Virus record (IMG/VR): IMGVR_UViG_3300042402_002579
Coordinates: 1,937-65,936 of that record
Source of the DNA: a virus
Lineage: Duplodnaviria; Caudoviricetes
Reading direction: 5' to 3' (one strand)
DNA: 64,000 nucleotides
Part shown: positions 36,696 to 45,964 of the stretch, piece after piece
How positions within the stretch are numbered: the stretch's first letter is position 1
Layout: each line of letters starts with the position of its first letter
The notes under the pieces: model-generated
Databases searched by the model: none
What the model was told of the DNA's origin: nothing
What the model saw: only the letters and a program-made list of their open reading frames with translations
Made by a program: the position numbers and the translations under genes

Positions 36696-37236
36696 ACGAC
36701 ATACCTTCCAAAAAGAAAAATACATAGAACGAATGGAAGAAAATGGTGAGGTCGTGAACGAAGACTATCTAGCTATGTATGACTCTTATGCGGAACAGCA
36801 CAACGCCAAGTTTCAAGATCCAGCAAGCCGTATTGAAAATATGGAATACGACCTCTTGACCACTAGTTGGATTCTAGAGAAAGTTCGCGAAAGCGATGTT
36901 TATGCACAGAATCTCTATGCCTCAATGTGCAATAGAGATTTTATCAAACACGATGTTATGCCAATTCTAAAAAATCAACGCTGGCATTGCAGTTGGAGAT
37001 ATGCTGGCGGCATCATTGCTGATATGCAGAAGAAAGGCGATTACATTGATTGGTACTGTAGCGGTATTAGAAATGAATCGTTGACCGCAGAAGAACTTGA
37101 AAAACTACCACTAGATCAACAGTCTCGGGCAAAAGAATTAGCTGCTTATGTTGGCGAAGGTGTAGTCACTGACGAGATCCGTAAGGATCTATTTCGTCTG
37201 GGCTGGGTGGTCCAAGACGATGATATGGACGATTAA
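36670..37236 (+). CDS. hypothetical phage protein
   Basis: YAQNLYASMCN...SWRYAGGIIA...YIDWYCSG...EGVVT pattern. Confidence 0.8.
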   Translation: MSKISRSPERHTFQKEKYIERMEENGEVVNEDYLAMYDSYAEQHNAKFQDPASRIENMEYDLLTTSWILEKVRESDVYAQNLYASMCNRDFIKHDVMPILKNQRWHCSWRYAGGIIADMQKKGDYIDWYCSGIRNESLTAEELEKLPLDQQSRAKELAAYVGEGVVTDEIRKDLFRLGWVVQDDDMDD

Positions 37237-37260
37237 CATAAAGGAGGATGAAAGTCCAAA

Positions 37261-37455
37261 ATGAACTGGGAACTCTATGAAGTATGGGCCGAGGACGAAG
37301 ACGGCCACGAAGAGTTGATTGAAACAACTAAAAGCCGTAGTCAGGCTTTCAAATTGGCGCAAGATACTCTTTTGGAAGGATATGTTGCTGGTATCGTTTA
37401 TTTTGAAAACGAAGAAGGCGAGTTAGAAAAGGTAAAACGATTTGAAAACGCTTGA
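37261..37455 (+). CDS. small acidic hypothetical protein
   Basis: 64-aa ORF with AGGAGG upstream. Confidence 0.7.
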   Translation: MNWELYEVWAEDEDGHEELIETTKSRSQAFKLAQDTLLEGYVAGIVYFENEEGELEKVKRFENA

Positions 37456-37480
37456 CAATCTTGGTAAATGGTGTTATACT
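37452..37480 (+). promoter_or_regulatory. sigma70-type promoter
   Basis: TTGACA-17 nt-TATACT with extended -10 TG. Confidence 0.75.
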
Positions 37481-37511
37481 ATAAGTATTGTTTAACACAC
37501 TGGAGTGAAAA

Positions 37512-38681
37512 ATGGCTACTAAAGCAACACACTTGGCAGCAGCTCGAGCAACAAAAGGTCGAGATTTAAGCCCAAAATGGGACGGACACGAAACCTGGGA
37601 CACCAATCAGTTCTTGCGTCAGTTCCATAGTGCAATGGCCTGGTATCGCCTAGAAAGTTCTGCCAAAGAACTTAAACCCAAAGTTATTGATTGGATGGGC
37701 CGACAGGGCTGTACCAAAGAAGATATTTCTGCTTTTAAGAAAACCAAAGACAATCGTTGCGGCATGACAATGGGTGCGGTGGCGGCTTGTTTGATTAAGG
37801 GTATGCCTGCCGTTCGTGCAGACTTTAATGAGGGTCGAGATACCACAGTATGGTTGCGAGCAGAGATTGTCAAAGTAATTGAACAAGGCAAAGACGACAA
37901 AGACGACAGCGACGAAGTTGTTGAAGTTAAAAAAGACGTCTATGTTCCTAGCATTCAAGAACGTGTTCGCGATGCTAGTATGTTGATGACCGAAGAAATC
38001 GAAACTGCTATCGAAGCATTTCAAACAGATCCGGAAGCATTTGATCCAAAGTCTTTTAAAGTTCTTAATCTGTTAAAAGCTAAACAGGCCAAGGCAGCAC
38101 ACACTCGTATTATTAAAACATTTTACGAACGTGATTTAGCAGAGCTTATTGAAGCAGCAACAACCAAAGACGAACAACTTAAAGAAGCATATAGTCATCT
38201 GAGTAAAGTTCAATTAAGAAAAATCACAGCGTTCTATCAAGAAGTTGTCAGTGCCTGTGAAATGTTAGCACAAGAAGCCAAGGTCAATCGCAAGCCCAAA
38301 GCCAAAAAAGCTGTGCCTGCTGAGAAGATTGTAGCCAAACTCAAGTACAAAAAAGCAGATGAGCCACTAAAGTTGGTATCTATTAATCCTGCAGATATTC
38401 TAGGTGCTAAAGAATTGTGGACTTACAACACAAAGTCACGTAAATTAGGCAAATACGTTGCTGAAGAATTCCAAGATCTCGGAGTTAAAGGCACAACTAT
38501 TACAGGATTTAGTGAAGCAAAATCCGTACAAAAAACACTACGTAAGCCAGCTGATCAAATTAAAGAATTTAAAGCCGCAGGTAAAGTGGTTCTACGCAAG
38601 TTTCTAGAAGAAATCAATGCTGTCGATACCCGTATGAATGGGCGTATCAACGAAGATATAATTCTGTTAAAAATTGCCTGA
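37512..38681 (+). CDS. conserved hypothetical protein of T4-like phages
   Basis: C-terminal SINP..ILGA.ELW.YNTK.RKL...KGTT...KTLRKP...NGRINED pattern; GGAG SD. Confidence 0.8.
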   Translation: MATKATHLAAARATKGRDLSPKWDGHETWDTNQFLRQFHSAMAWYRLESSAKELKPKVIDWMGRQGCTKEDISAFKKTKDNRCGMTMGAVAACLIKGMPAVRADFNEGRDTTVWLRAEIVKVIEQGKDDKDDSDEVVEVKKDVYVPSIQERVRDASMLMTEEIETAIEAFQTDPEAFDPKSFKVLNLLKAKQAKAAHTRIIKTFYERDLAELIEAATTKDEQLKEAYSHLSKVQLRKITAFYQEVVSACEMLAQEAKVNRKPKAKKAVPAEKIVAKLKYKKADEPLKLVSINPADILGAKELWTYNTKSRKLGKYVAEEFQDLGVKGTTITGFSEAKSVQKTLRKPADQIKEFKAAGKVVLRKFLEEINAVDTRMNGRINEDIILLKIA

Positions 38682-38711
38682 TATTTAATTTAGGGTTTGA
38701 TAAATACTGGT

Positions 38712-39581
38712 ATGAACAATACCAATATCGATCAAACTCTATCGGAATTAAATAGGGTTCTTAAATATCTAGTTGATGCGGCACAGCAACCGGTTTCTCA
38801 ACAAAGAACTCAATTTTTAGAATTTCAGGCAGACTCAGGCAAAGAGAATTTTGGCAAGGGCGTTATCTGGAGCGGTAACGGAATCACCAAACAATTTGTC
38901 TTGAATCGCGATCCTGACAGATTTTTCTCTTCTGAAAACATTGACCTAGACAAAAATCATCACTTTTCTATTGGAAACAATCTAGTACTTTCCAGCAAAG
39001 AACTAGGATCTTCAGTAGTCAAAAGCAATTTGCAAACTGTTGGTCGTCTCAAAGAACTAGATGTTGACGGTTCAGTTAGTATTAATCAATATCTTTTTTA
39101 CAATGCTATCACTGATAGACTAGGCCTAGGCATCGAAGAACCTAATTCTGCATTTAGTGTAGCAGAAGATGGAGTTGAAGTAATGTTAGGTACGAGAAAT
39201 CATTCTCGAGGCATTGTTGGAACCTATGCTAGCAATCACTTTGACATAGTTGCTGGTAATACTACGTGGATTAGTGTGTCGCCAAGCGGTAATATAACTC
39301 TAGGCAATACTGATCACTCACCCATTCAACTGTCGGTAAACGGAAATTTAGCAATTAAAGTTGCTTTACCAGACCCTAATGTTGACCTGCACGTAAATGG
39401 TCCAATTAGATTCCACGGCCATTTACACTTTTACGCTAAAGAAATACCCGTATCAGGTTCTTATAATTCGGGCGATATCGTATGGAATACAGCACCCACT
39501 GTAGGTAACCCCGTTGGCTGGGTCTGCACTAGCTCTGGTAATCCGGGTCGTTGGAATCCGTTTGGACAGATCACAATATAA
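38712..39581 (+). CDS. putative virion structural protein
   Basis: SNLQTVGRL..L.VDG, RLGLG..EPN, GDIVWN..P..G..VGWVC...G.PG.W..FG; TAAATA 5 nt upstream. Confidence 0.7.
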   Translation: MNNTNIDQTLSELNRVLKYLVDAAQQPVSQQRTQFLEFQADSGKENFGKGVIWSGNGITKQFVLNRDPDRFFSSENIDLDKNHHFSIGNNLVLSSKELGSSVVKSNLQTVGRLKELDVDGSVSINQYLFYNAITDRLGLGIEEPNSAFSVAEDGVEVMLGTRNHSRGIVGTYASNHFDIVAGNTTWISVSPSGNITLGNTDHSPIQLSVNGNLAIKVALPDPNVDLHVNGPIRFHGHLHFYAKEIPVSGSYNSGDIVWNTAPTVGNPVGWVCTSSGNPGRWNPFGQITI

Positions 39582-39589
39582 TTAAAACT

Positions 39590-40462
39590 ATGACCGATAA
39601 TTTAGATCAAACTATAGACACAATAACACAAGGCCTAAAAGATCTTGTTGGTAACAACGACTCCGGTGGGCATTTACCAAATGCCCCTTACATAATATTT
39701 CAAGACGATCCTAATAATATTTCTAATAAAGGAATAGTATGGAGAGGCAAAGGTTGGGGCAAGCAACTGGTCTATAACAAAATTACTGATAGAATCTTTT
39801 GTTCTGAAAGTATAGAGCTTGGCGTTAACAAACAGTTTTTAATCGACGGAGTGTCTGTATTATCAAATACAGAATTAGGAAACACTGTTGTAAAAAGCAG
39901 TCTAACAGAACTAGGCATACTTAAAGGACTGGTTGTTGATGGTTCAATTAGTGTCGATCAACACCTGCATTATAGTGCGGCCAGCAATAGACTGGGATTA
40001 GGTACCCAAGAGCCCAATGCTGCATTTAGTGTGTTTGAAAACGATGTTGAAGTAATATTAGGTACACAAAATAATACCAAAGGCATTATCGGAACCTACA
40101 GCAACAATGATTTAGACATTGTTACTGGAAATGTTTCTAGAATAACCCTCGAAGCAGGCGGTGACATCCGACTAGGCAGCAAGGGAGCTGGTCCGGTTAG
40201 AGTAACAATAAACGGAAAATTATCTGTTGGAGCAAGCAGTCACGATGACCGAGCAAGTCTTCACGTAGCCGGTGCAATAAGATTCAATGATAAGTTACAT
40301 CAATATGCCGCTGGAGTGCCTCAAAATGGCCGGTATGATCAAGGAGACATCATATGGAATTCTCTCCCTAGACCCGGAAGCAACGTAGGATGGATTTGTG
40401 TTATAGCAGGGAATCCAGGATTATGGAGTCCCTTTGGAGATATAAAAAATCCAATAACATAA
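39590..40462 (+). CDS. putative virion structural protein (tandem paralogue of the upstream gene)
   Basis: Same motif order along its whole length as 38712..39581. Confidence 0.7.
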   Translation: MTDNLDQTIDTITQGLKDLVGNNDSGGHLPNAPYIIFQDDPNNISNKGIVWRGKGWGKQLVYNKITDRIFCSESIELGVNKQFLIDGVSVLSNTELGNTVVKSSLTELGILKGLVVDGSISVDQHLHYSAASNRLGLGTQEPNAAFSVFENDVEVILGTQNNTKGIIGTYSNNDLDIVTGNVSRITLEAGGDIRLGSKGAGPVRVTINGKLSVGASSHDDRASLHVAGAIRFNDKLHQYAAGVPQNGRYDQGDIIWNSLPRPGSNVGWICVIAGNPGLWSPFGDIKNPIT

Positions 40463-41097
40463 TGAACGAAGCTCTGGTGTTAGGAAACGGTGAAAGCCGA
40501 TATTCTGTAGATTTAAATTCGTTAAAAGATAATTTTGTGTTAATCGGCTGCAATGCAGTTCAAAGAGATATCACCGTTGATCATTTGATATGCTGTGACC
40601 AAAGAATGATTGTGGAATCTTTAAACAATCAATCAACAAAAGATTCTTTAATCTATGTACGTGCAATGTATTATAGACAGTATAGAAAATTACAAAAAGA
40701 AAAAAATGTAAGACTGCTTCCTGAAGTACCCACAACTGGTCAAAATAAAAGAGATGATCCCACTCATTGGGGTAGCGGACCGTATGCTGTATTACTGGCC
40801 AGCACTCTTGGATTTCAAAATATCACAATGTTAGGGTTTGACCTGTACGGAAATAAAGAAAAAGTAAATAACCTATATAAAAACACCCCAAATTATTCAA
40901 AAGGGGATACTAGAGCTGTAGATTACAGTTTCTGGCTATATCAAATTCAACAGATTTTTTTAACCTACCCCGAGACAAATTATAAAATAGTAAATATCGC
41001 CGATTGGGCAATGCCGGCCGAATGGAAAAGAAACAACATAACTTTTGAAAATATTGAGTCATTCAGAACCGCTAACAATCAGTTGACAGTTTTGTAA
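40462..41097 (+). CDS. Maf/MptE/sialyltransferase-like Rossmann-fold protein
   Basis: ALVLGNGESR, IGCN, DHLICCD, SGPYA...LGF...MLGFD. Confidence 0.6.
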   Translation: MNEALVLGNGESRYSVDLNSLKDNFVLIGCNAVQRDITVDHLICCDQRMIVESLNNQSTKDSLIYVRAMYYRQYRKLQKEKNVRLLPEVPTTGQNKRDDPTHWGSGPYAVLLASTLGFQNITMLGFDLYGNKEKVNNLYKNTPNYSKGDTRAVDYSFWLYQIQQIFLTYPETNYKIVNIADWAMPAEWKRNNITFENIESFRTANNQLTVL

Positions 41098-41111
41098 ATA
41101 CTGTGTATAAT
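41083..41111 (+). promoter_or_regulatory. sigma70-type promoter (TAAATA also present in the spacer)
   Basis: TTGACA-17 nt-TATAAT. Confidence 0.75.
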
Positions 41112-41210
41112 TAATCTATACACACAGGCACAGCGGACTTCTACGTCATTCATCCCGCTTTATAAACTCTGCATGTCGTCAAACTTGCTACCTTACAAAG
41201 GAGACTAGAG

Positions 41211-41735
41211 ATGGCAAAATATCTTTCAACAAAAACTTACGGCAACGACCGCGGACTTTCATGCTGTTTTAGACAGTGGAGAAGCACACATAGTCACTGC
41301 TCATTACTACACGGATACTCGATTGGTATCAAACTGATCTTTGAATCAGAAACCTTAGATGATCGCAACTGGGTCATGGACTTTGGTGGACTCAAAGCAT
41401 TTAAGGAATGGTCAGAATATATATTTGATCATACTCTAGTAATTGCTCAAGACGATCCTCATCGTGCTATGTTTGAGAAAATGGCTCAATTAGGATTACA
41501 AGATCAAGGCGGTGTCTGTGATATCAGGATTGTAGAAGGTGTAGGCTGTGAAAAGTTTGCAGAGCTTGTCTACAAAGAAATGGATACTATCTTACACGTT
41601 TTTAAAACAGGCAATACTTATTACTGTCCTAATGGGCAGACATTCGAAGCACGTTATCCTGTAGGACAAGGTGTAAGACTTAAGAGTGCAGAAGTATTTG
41701 AACATCTGGGTAACTCCGCAATATACGAAGCCTAA
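41211..41735 (+). CDS. queD: 6-pyruvoyl-tetrahydropterin synthase / QueD family protein
   Basis: SHCSLLHGY, WVMDFGGLK, FDHT, GCEKFA, EVFEH..NSA.Y. Confidence 0.85.
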   Translation: MAKYLSTKTYGNDRGLSCCFRQWRSTHSHCSLLHGYSIGIKLIFESETLDDRNWVMDFGGLKAFKEWSEYIFDHTLVIAQDDPHRAMFEKMAQLGLQDQGGVCDIRIVEGVGCEKFAELVYKEMDTILHVFKTGNTYYCPNGQTFEARYPVGQGVRLKSAEVFEHLGNSAIYEA

Positions 41736-41759
41736 CACAATGTACGCATAAATAATAAT

Positions 41760-42581
41760 ATGCGTACATTTAACATTCATAATATCGAAATAGGAAACAA
41801 CAAGCCTTTAGTATTAATTGCTGGGCCTTGTCAAATTGAAAGTCTAGATCATACACTCGAAACTGCACACAGTATAAAAGAAACCTGTGATAGTTTAGGA
41901 ATTAAGTTTATCTATAAAAGCAGTTTTGATAAAGCTAATCGAAGCAGTATATCGACTCGACGAGGTATCGGAATCGATGAAGGTTTGAAAATTCTCAATA
42001 CTATTAAACATCGTTTTGGAGTGCCAGTTTTGACTGACATTCACGAAAGCTATCAGGCAGAGTTGTGTGCCGCAGCTGGTATAGATGTCTTGCAGATCCC
42101 TGCATTTCTCTGCAGACAGACTGACCTGTTGTTGGCAGCAGGTGCTACAGACTGTGCTATCAATGTGAAAAAAGGGCAGTTCCTTGCTCCTCACGATATG
42201 AAGAATGTTGCCGCAAAAATTGCTTCAACTGGTAACGAACGCATTATGCTATGCGAAAGAGGATATACTCATGGATATAATAATCTTGTTGTGGATATGC
42301 GCAGTCTACCCATTATGGCAAGCACCGGCTATCCAGTGGTCTTTGATGCCACTCATAGTGTTCAACAGCCTGGCGGAATGGGAGAAAGATCTGGCGGAGA
42401 TAGGACCATGGTCCCGTACCTGGCGAGAGCTGCTATAGCCACAGGATCAGTAGCTGCGGTCTTTGTAGAATGTCACGAAGATCCAGACAATGCACCTAGT
42501 GATGGTCCTAACATGATAGCACTCAAGGATCTATCATCACTTATTCATAAGTTATTACAAATAGATGCTATTGTAAAATGA
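41760..42581 (+). CDS. kdsA: KDO-8-phosphate synthase
   Basis: [51 protein letters not shown]. Confidence 0.97.
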   Translation: MRTFNIHNIEIGNNKPLVLIAGPCQIESLDHTLETAHSIKETCDSLGIKFIYKSSFDKANRSSISTRRGIGIDEGLKILNTIKHRFGVPVLTDIHESYQAELCAAAGIDVLQIPAFLCRQTDLLLAAGATDCAINVKKGQFLAPHDMKNVAAKIASTGNERIMLCERGYTHGYNNLVVDMRSLPIMASTGYPVVFDATHSVQQPGGMGERSGGDRTMVPYLARAAIATGSVAAVFVECHEDPDNAPSDGPNMIALKDLSSLIHKLLQIDAIVK

Positions 42582-43366
42582 TACTAAATCAAACCAAAGA
42601 ACAAAGAAAAGCGGCAAAAGCACAACGTAGATTAGAAAAAATGCCCAGTACTGATGGCATTTTTCAAGATAAATTAACCGTTCTCTGCGTGAGGTTTGGC
42701 ACTAAGTATGGTAGAGAATATGTTGAACGTCTTCGAAATATGGCAGCACGACATATTAAAGTACCCTACGAATTTGTCTGTCTCACTGATGACGTTAATC
42801 CCATTCAAGGTGTTCGCAATATAGTTCAGCCCTTGGCCGGATACCATAGACTATGGTGGCATAAAGTTCATATGTTTGATTCAGGTCTACCGTTGTCTGG
42901 AAGAATTTTATATTTTGATCTAGACATTATTATATGTGCAGATGTAGAAGACCTCGTTCAAAGTGCCGGCAATAAATTTTTAGGGATTCGAGACTTCAAC
43001 AGAAAATTTCATCCAGGGTGGAATATATTAAACAGTTCTGTAATGAGTTGGGTACACGGTCAACATTCTTATATTTTTGAAGAATTTAAAAGAGATCCTG
43101 TTCAGGCACAGAAATTATTAGGGGATCAAGATTGGATTTGGAGAGTGGCCAAACAAAAAATAACGTTTTGGCCCGATAATGTGATTCAAAGTTACAAATG
43201 GGAAATACGTGATCGCAGTGATCTTATAGTAGATCGAGGCAAGCGTAAATTCAAAACCATATCAAATAACACCAGCATAGATGCAAATTGCTGCGTGGTA
43301 GTGTTTCATGGGGATCCAAAACCCGAAGATATTCAGGACAAATTTGTAGTTGACAACTGGCGTTAA
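42578..43366 (+). CDS. GT-A (GT8-like) glycosyltransferase
   Basis: GTKY..EYV, CLTD, WW.K, YFDLD, NSSVM, GDQ, FHG.PKP. Confidence 0.8.
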   Translation: MILNQTKEQRKAAKAQRRLEKMPSTDGIFQDKLTVLCVRFGTKYGREYVERLRNMAARHIKVPYEFVCLTDDVNPIQGVRNIVQPLAGYHRLWWHKVHMFDSGLPLSGRILYFDLDIIICADVEDLVQSAGNKFLGIRDFNRKFHPGWNILNSSVMSWVHGQHSYIFEEFKRDPVQAQKLLGDQDWIWRVAKQKITFWPDNVIQSYKWEIRDRSDLIVDRGKRKFKTISNNTSIDANCCVVVFHGDPKPEDIQDKFVVDNWR

Positions 43367-43378
43367 AGATAGTATACT
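43350..43378 (+). promoter_or_regulatory. sigma70-type promoter
   Basis: TTGACA-17 nt-TATACT; uvsE ATG lies 6 nt downstream. Confidence 0.7.
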
Positions 43379-43384
43379 TTAACT

Positions 43385-44422
43385 ATGATAAAACGTATAG
43401 GCTTTGCCTGCAAATGGATTGATGGTCCTAGCCAAATTGATGGCATTAAACAAACGGACAACTGCAAACAGTATAATACCGGCAGCACCACTGTTGCCTG
43501 GTTAAATAGACAGACAACCGAAGTTGCAGAACAAAAACTATATGACCTAATGGTAGGCAATATTGAAGCAGTCCGCAAACTAGTTGAACGTGTAGGAACA
43601 CTTGATGAAAATCTTAGAATGGTACGACTCAGTAGCGATATCCTTCCTGTTTATACTGAGCCAACTTGGGGCAGGTATTGGCGGAGTGCCGATGTACGAG
43701 CCTATTGCGAAAGAGCATTTGGAGCCGTGGGAGCTTTGGCTCGCGAGAGGGGTGTTAGGCTCAGTATGCATCCTGGTCAGTTTACTGTGCTTGCAAGTAT
43801 TAACGAAGGTATTGTAGGACGTAGTATTGAAGAGTTTGAGTACCACACTGATATGGCTCGGTGGATGGGCTATGGACAAACGTTCCAGGACTTTAAAATT
43901 AACGTGCATATTTCAGGTAAGCAAGGTCCGGACGGTATTAAGAGAGCAATGCAACGTCTTAGTCCCGAAGCACGAAACTGCATTACAATTGAAAACGACG
44001 AAATGACTTGGGGTATTGATGCTAGTCTTGAGCTAGTAGATACCTGCGCATTAGTCTTAGACATTCACCACCATTGGATTAACTCAGGAGAATATATTGA
44101 CCCGAATGATGACCGTGTTAAAAGGATTATTGATAGCTGGCGTGGTGTTAGGCCTGTTATACATTATAGTGTTTCACGGGAAGACGTTGTTGTTAACCAT
44201 GCCACAGACACCCTTCCCGCCCTTGATGCGCTGATCGAAAGCGGGCATAAAAAACAAAAACTCAGAGCACATTCAAACTTCTACTGGAATACAGCAGCAA
44301 ATGAATGGGCACTGAGCTTTAGAGACCAATTTGATATAATGTGCGAAAGCAAGGCCAAGAACTTGGCCAGCTTTGCACTCTACGAACAAAGTATTAAGCA
44401 GCCGGCTTTGTTTTTGGCTTAG
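43385..44422 (+). CDS. uvsE: UV damage endonuclease
   Basis: RIGFAC, RLSSD, SMHPGQF, IENDE, LDIHHH, HYS, AHS, MCESKAK. Confidence 0.93.
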   Translation: MIKRIGFACKWIDGPSQIDGIKQTDNCKQYNTGSTTVAWLNRQTTEVAEQKLYDLMVGNIEAVRKLVERVGTLDENLRMVRLSSDILPVYTEPTWGRYWRSADVRAYCERAFGAVGALARERGVRLSMHPGQFTVLASINEGIVGRSIEEFEYHTDMARWMGYGQTFQDFKINVHISGKQGPDGIKRAMQRLSPEARNCITIENDEMTWGIDASLELVDTCALVLDIHHHWINSGEYIDPNDDRVKRIIDSWRGVRPVIHYSVSREDVVVNHATDTLPALDALIESGHKKQKLRAHSNFYWNTAANEWALSFRDQFDIMCESKAKNLASFALYEQSIKQPALFLA

Positions 44423-44690
44423 GCGGCGCTTTTGGTTTAGGCGCTGCTTTTGGCTGTGTAGTCTTGGGAGCAGCAGGTTTCTTAGCGAACTGTTGCTTTT
44501 TAGGTGCAGGCTTTTTAACAGGTTGTTTTGCAGCCGCTTGTTCAACTACAGCCGCTGGAACAACTACTTCTGGAACAACTGCTGGTGCAGGTGCTGCCTC
44601 TACAACTGGTGCTGCCTCAACTTTATATGGGGCTTCCGCAGTTTGTTCTGCTGGCTTACCGCCAAATAGTTTCTTTAATAAACCGATCAT
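44394..44690 (-). CDS. Ala/Pro/Lys-rich low-complexity protein
   Basis: MIGLLKKLFG start with AAGGAG SD; histone-like tail. Confidence 0.75.
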   Translation of the reverse strand: MIGLLKKLFGGKPAEQTAEAPYKVEAAPVVEAAPAPAVVPEVVVPAAVVEQAAAKQPVKKPAPKKQQFAKKPAAPKTTQPKAAPKPKAPPKPKTKPAA

Positions 44691-44731
44691 ATTAAATCTC
44701 CTTAGGAATTTATTTAGCGGTAAATACATAT

Positions 44732-45289
44732 ATGGAATTTAAATTCATTCAAAAGTTTATAATCGAAGGCAAAAAAGACAAACTCATACAGTTGACATTG
44801 CCCTACGACCGTGATGAGCTGGCTCCGATAAAAAGTAAAGAAACTATAGATTATCACTACGGAACGCTGTACAAGGCCTATGTTGATCGATATAACAAGG
44901 GCGAGGGTGATGCTGATTTTAACGAAGCTGGAGCCTTTTTACACAATATCTATTTTGGTCAACTACAAAAACCAGAAGGATCAAATAGACCCTATGATGC
45001 TAGTTTAATGTTCATAGAAAGACACTTTGAAACTTTTGATCTTTTTAAAGAGCAAGTTGAGAAAATTGCAATGGGTATACAAGGTAGCGGATGGGTGTAT
45101 CTAGCTCGAGATGGCAAAATCAAAACCATTGTCAACCACGAAATCAAGAATGATATTGTACTATTAATTGATTGGTGGGAACACGCATGGGTTCTAGACT
45201 ATCAGGCTGATAAAAAAAGCTATCTAAAAAACATATGGAAACTAATCGATTGGAGGGTAATTAATGGCGTACTCGGACAAAGTAATTGA
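44732..45289 (+). CDS. sod: Fe/Mn superoxide dismutase
   Basis: LPY...L.P..S.ET..YH, H..YF, GSGW, DWWEHA. Confidence 0.88.
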   Translation: MEFKFIQKFIIEGKKDKLIQLTLPYDRDELAPIKSKETIDYHYGTLYKAYVDRYNKGEGDADFNEAGAFLHNIYFGQLQKPEGSNRPYDASLMFIERHFETFDLFKEQVEKIAMGIQGSGWVYLARDGKIKTIVNHEIKNDIVLLIDWWEHAWVLDYQADKKSYLKNIWKLIDWRVINGVLGQSN

Positions 45290-45644
45290 CCATTACGAAA
45301 ACCCTCGAAATGTGGGTTCGTTTGAAAAAGGCGATGTAGATGTAGGCACAGGCATGGTAGGTGCCCCTGCTTGCGGCGATGTAATGAAACTACAGATAAA
45401 GGTGGATCATGATACAGGTATTATTACAGATGCAAAATTTAAAACGTATGGCTGCGGATCGGCTATCGCGAGTTCGAGCCTTGTCACAGAATGGGTCAAA
45501 GGAAAAACCCTCGACCAAGCCGGAGCAATCAAAAACAGCGAAATCGCCGAAGAACTAGCTCTACCACCTGTTAAGATCCATTGTTCAATTCTAGCAGAAG
45601 ATGCAATTAAAGCCGCAGTAGAAGACTATAGGAAGCGACACTAA
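45264..45644 (+). CDS. iscU: Fe-S cluster scaffold IscU
   Basis: MAYSDKVIDHYENPRNVG, GAPACGD, YGCGSAIASSS, LPPVKIHCS. Confidence 0.97.
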   Translation: MAYSDKVIDHYENPRNVGSFEKGDVDVGTGMVGAPACGDVMKLQIKVDHDTGIITDAKFKTYGCGSAIASSSLVTEWVKGKTLDQAGAIKNSEIAEELALPPVKIHCSILAEDAIKAAVEDYRKRH

Positions 45645-45964
45645 TGGTTCAGCTTACTGACTCAGCTGCAACGAAGATTCAAAATATGCTGACTCGCCGT
45701 GGTTCAGGCGTTGGTATCCGTCTTGGTGTTAAAACTACTGGCTGCTCTGGGCTTGCCTACGTGTTAGAATACGTTGACGCACCCCAAACCGGTGATGAAC
45801 ATTTTGAATGTGCTGGTTGTCAAATATTTGTTGATCCTAAGAGTTGTGCTTACTTGCAAGGATTAACTGTAGACTATGTGCGTAAAGGTCTACAGGAAGG
45901 TTTTGATTTCATTAATCCCAACGAACGAGATCGGTGCGGCTGCGGGGAAAGTTTCAGAGTCTAG
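45644..45964 (+). CDS. iscA: A-type Fe-S carrier IscA
   Basis: GCSGLAY, NPN...CGCGESF. Confidence 0.95.
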   Translation: MVQLTDSAATKIQNMLTRRGSGVGIRLGVKTTGCSGLAYVLEYVDAPQTGDEHFECAGCQIFVDPKSCAYLQGLTVDYVRKGLQEGFDFINPNERDRCGCGESFRV

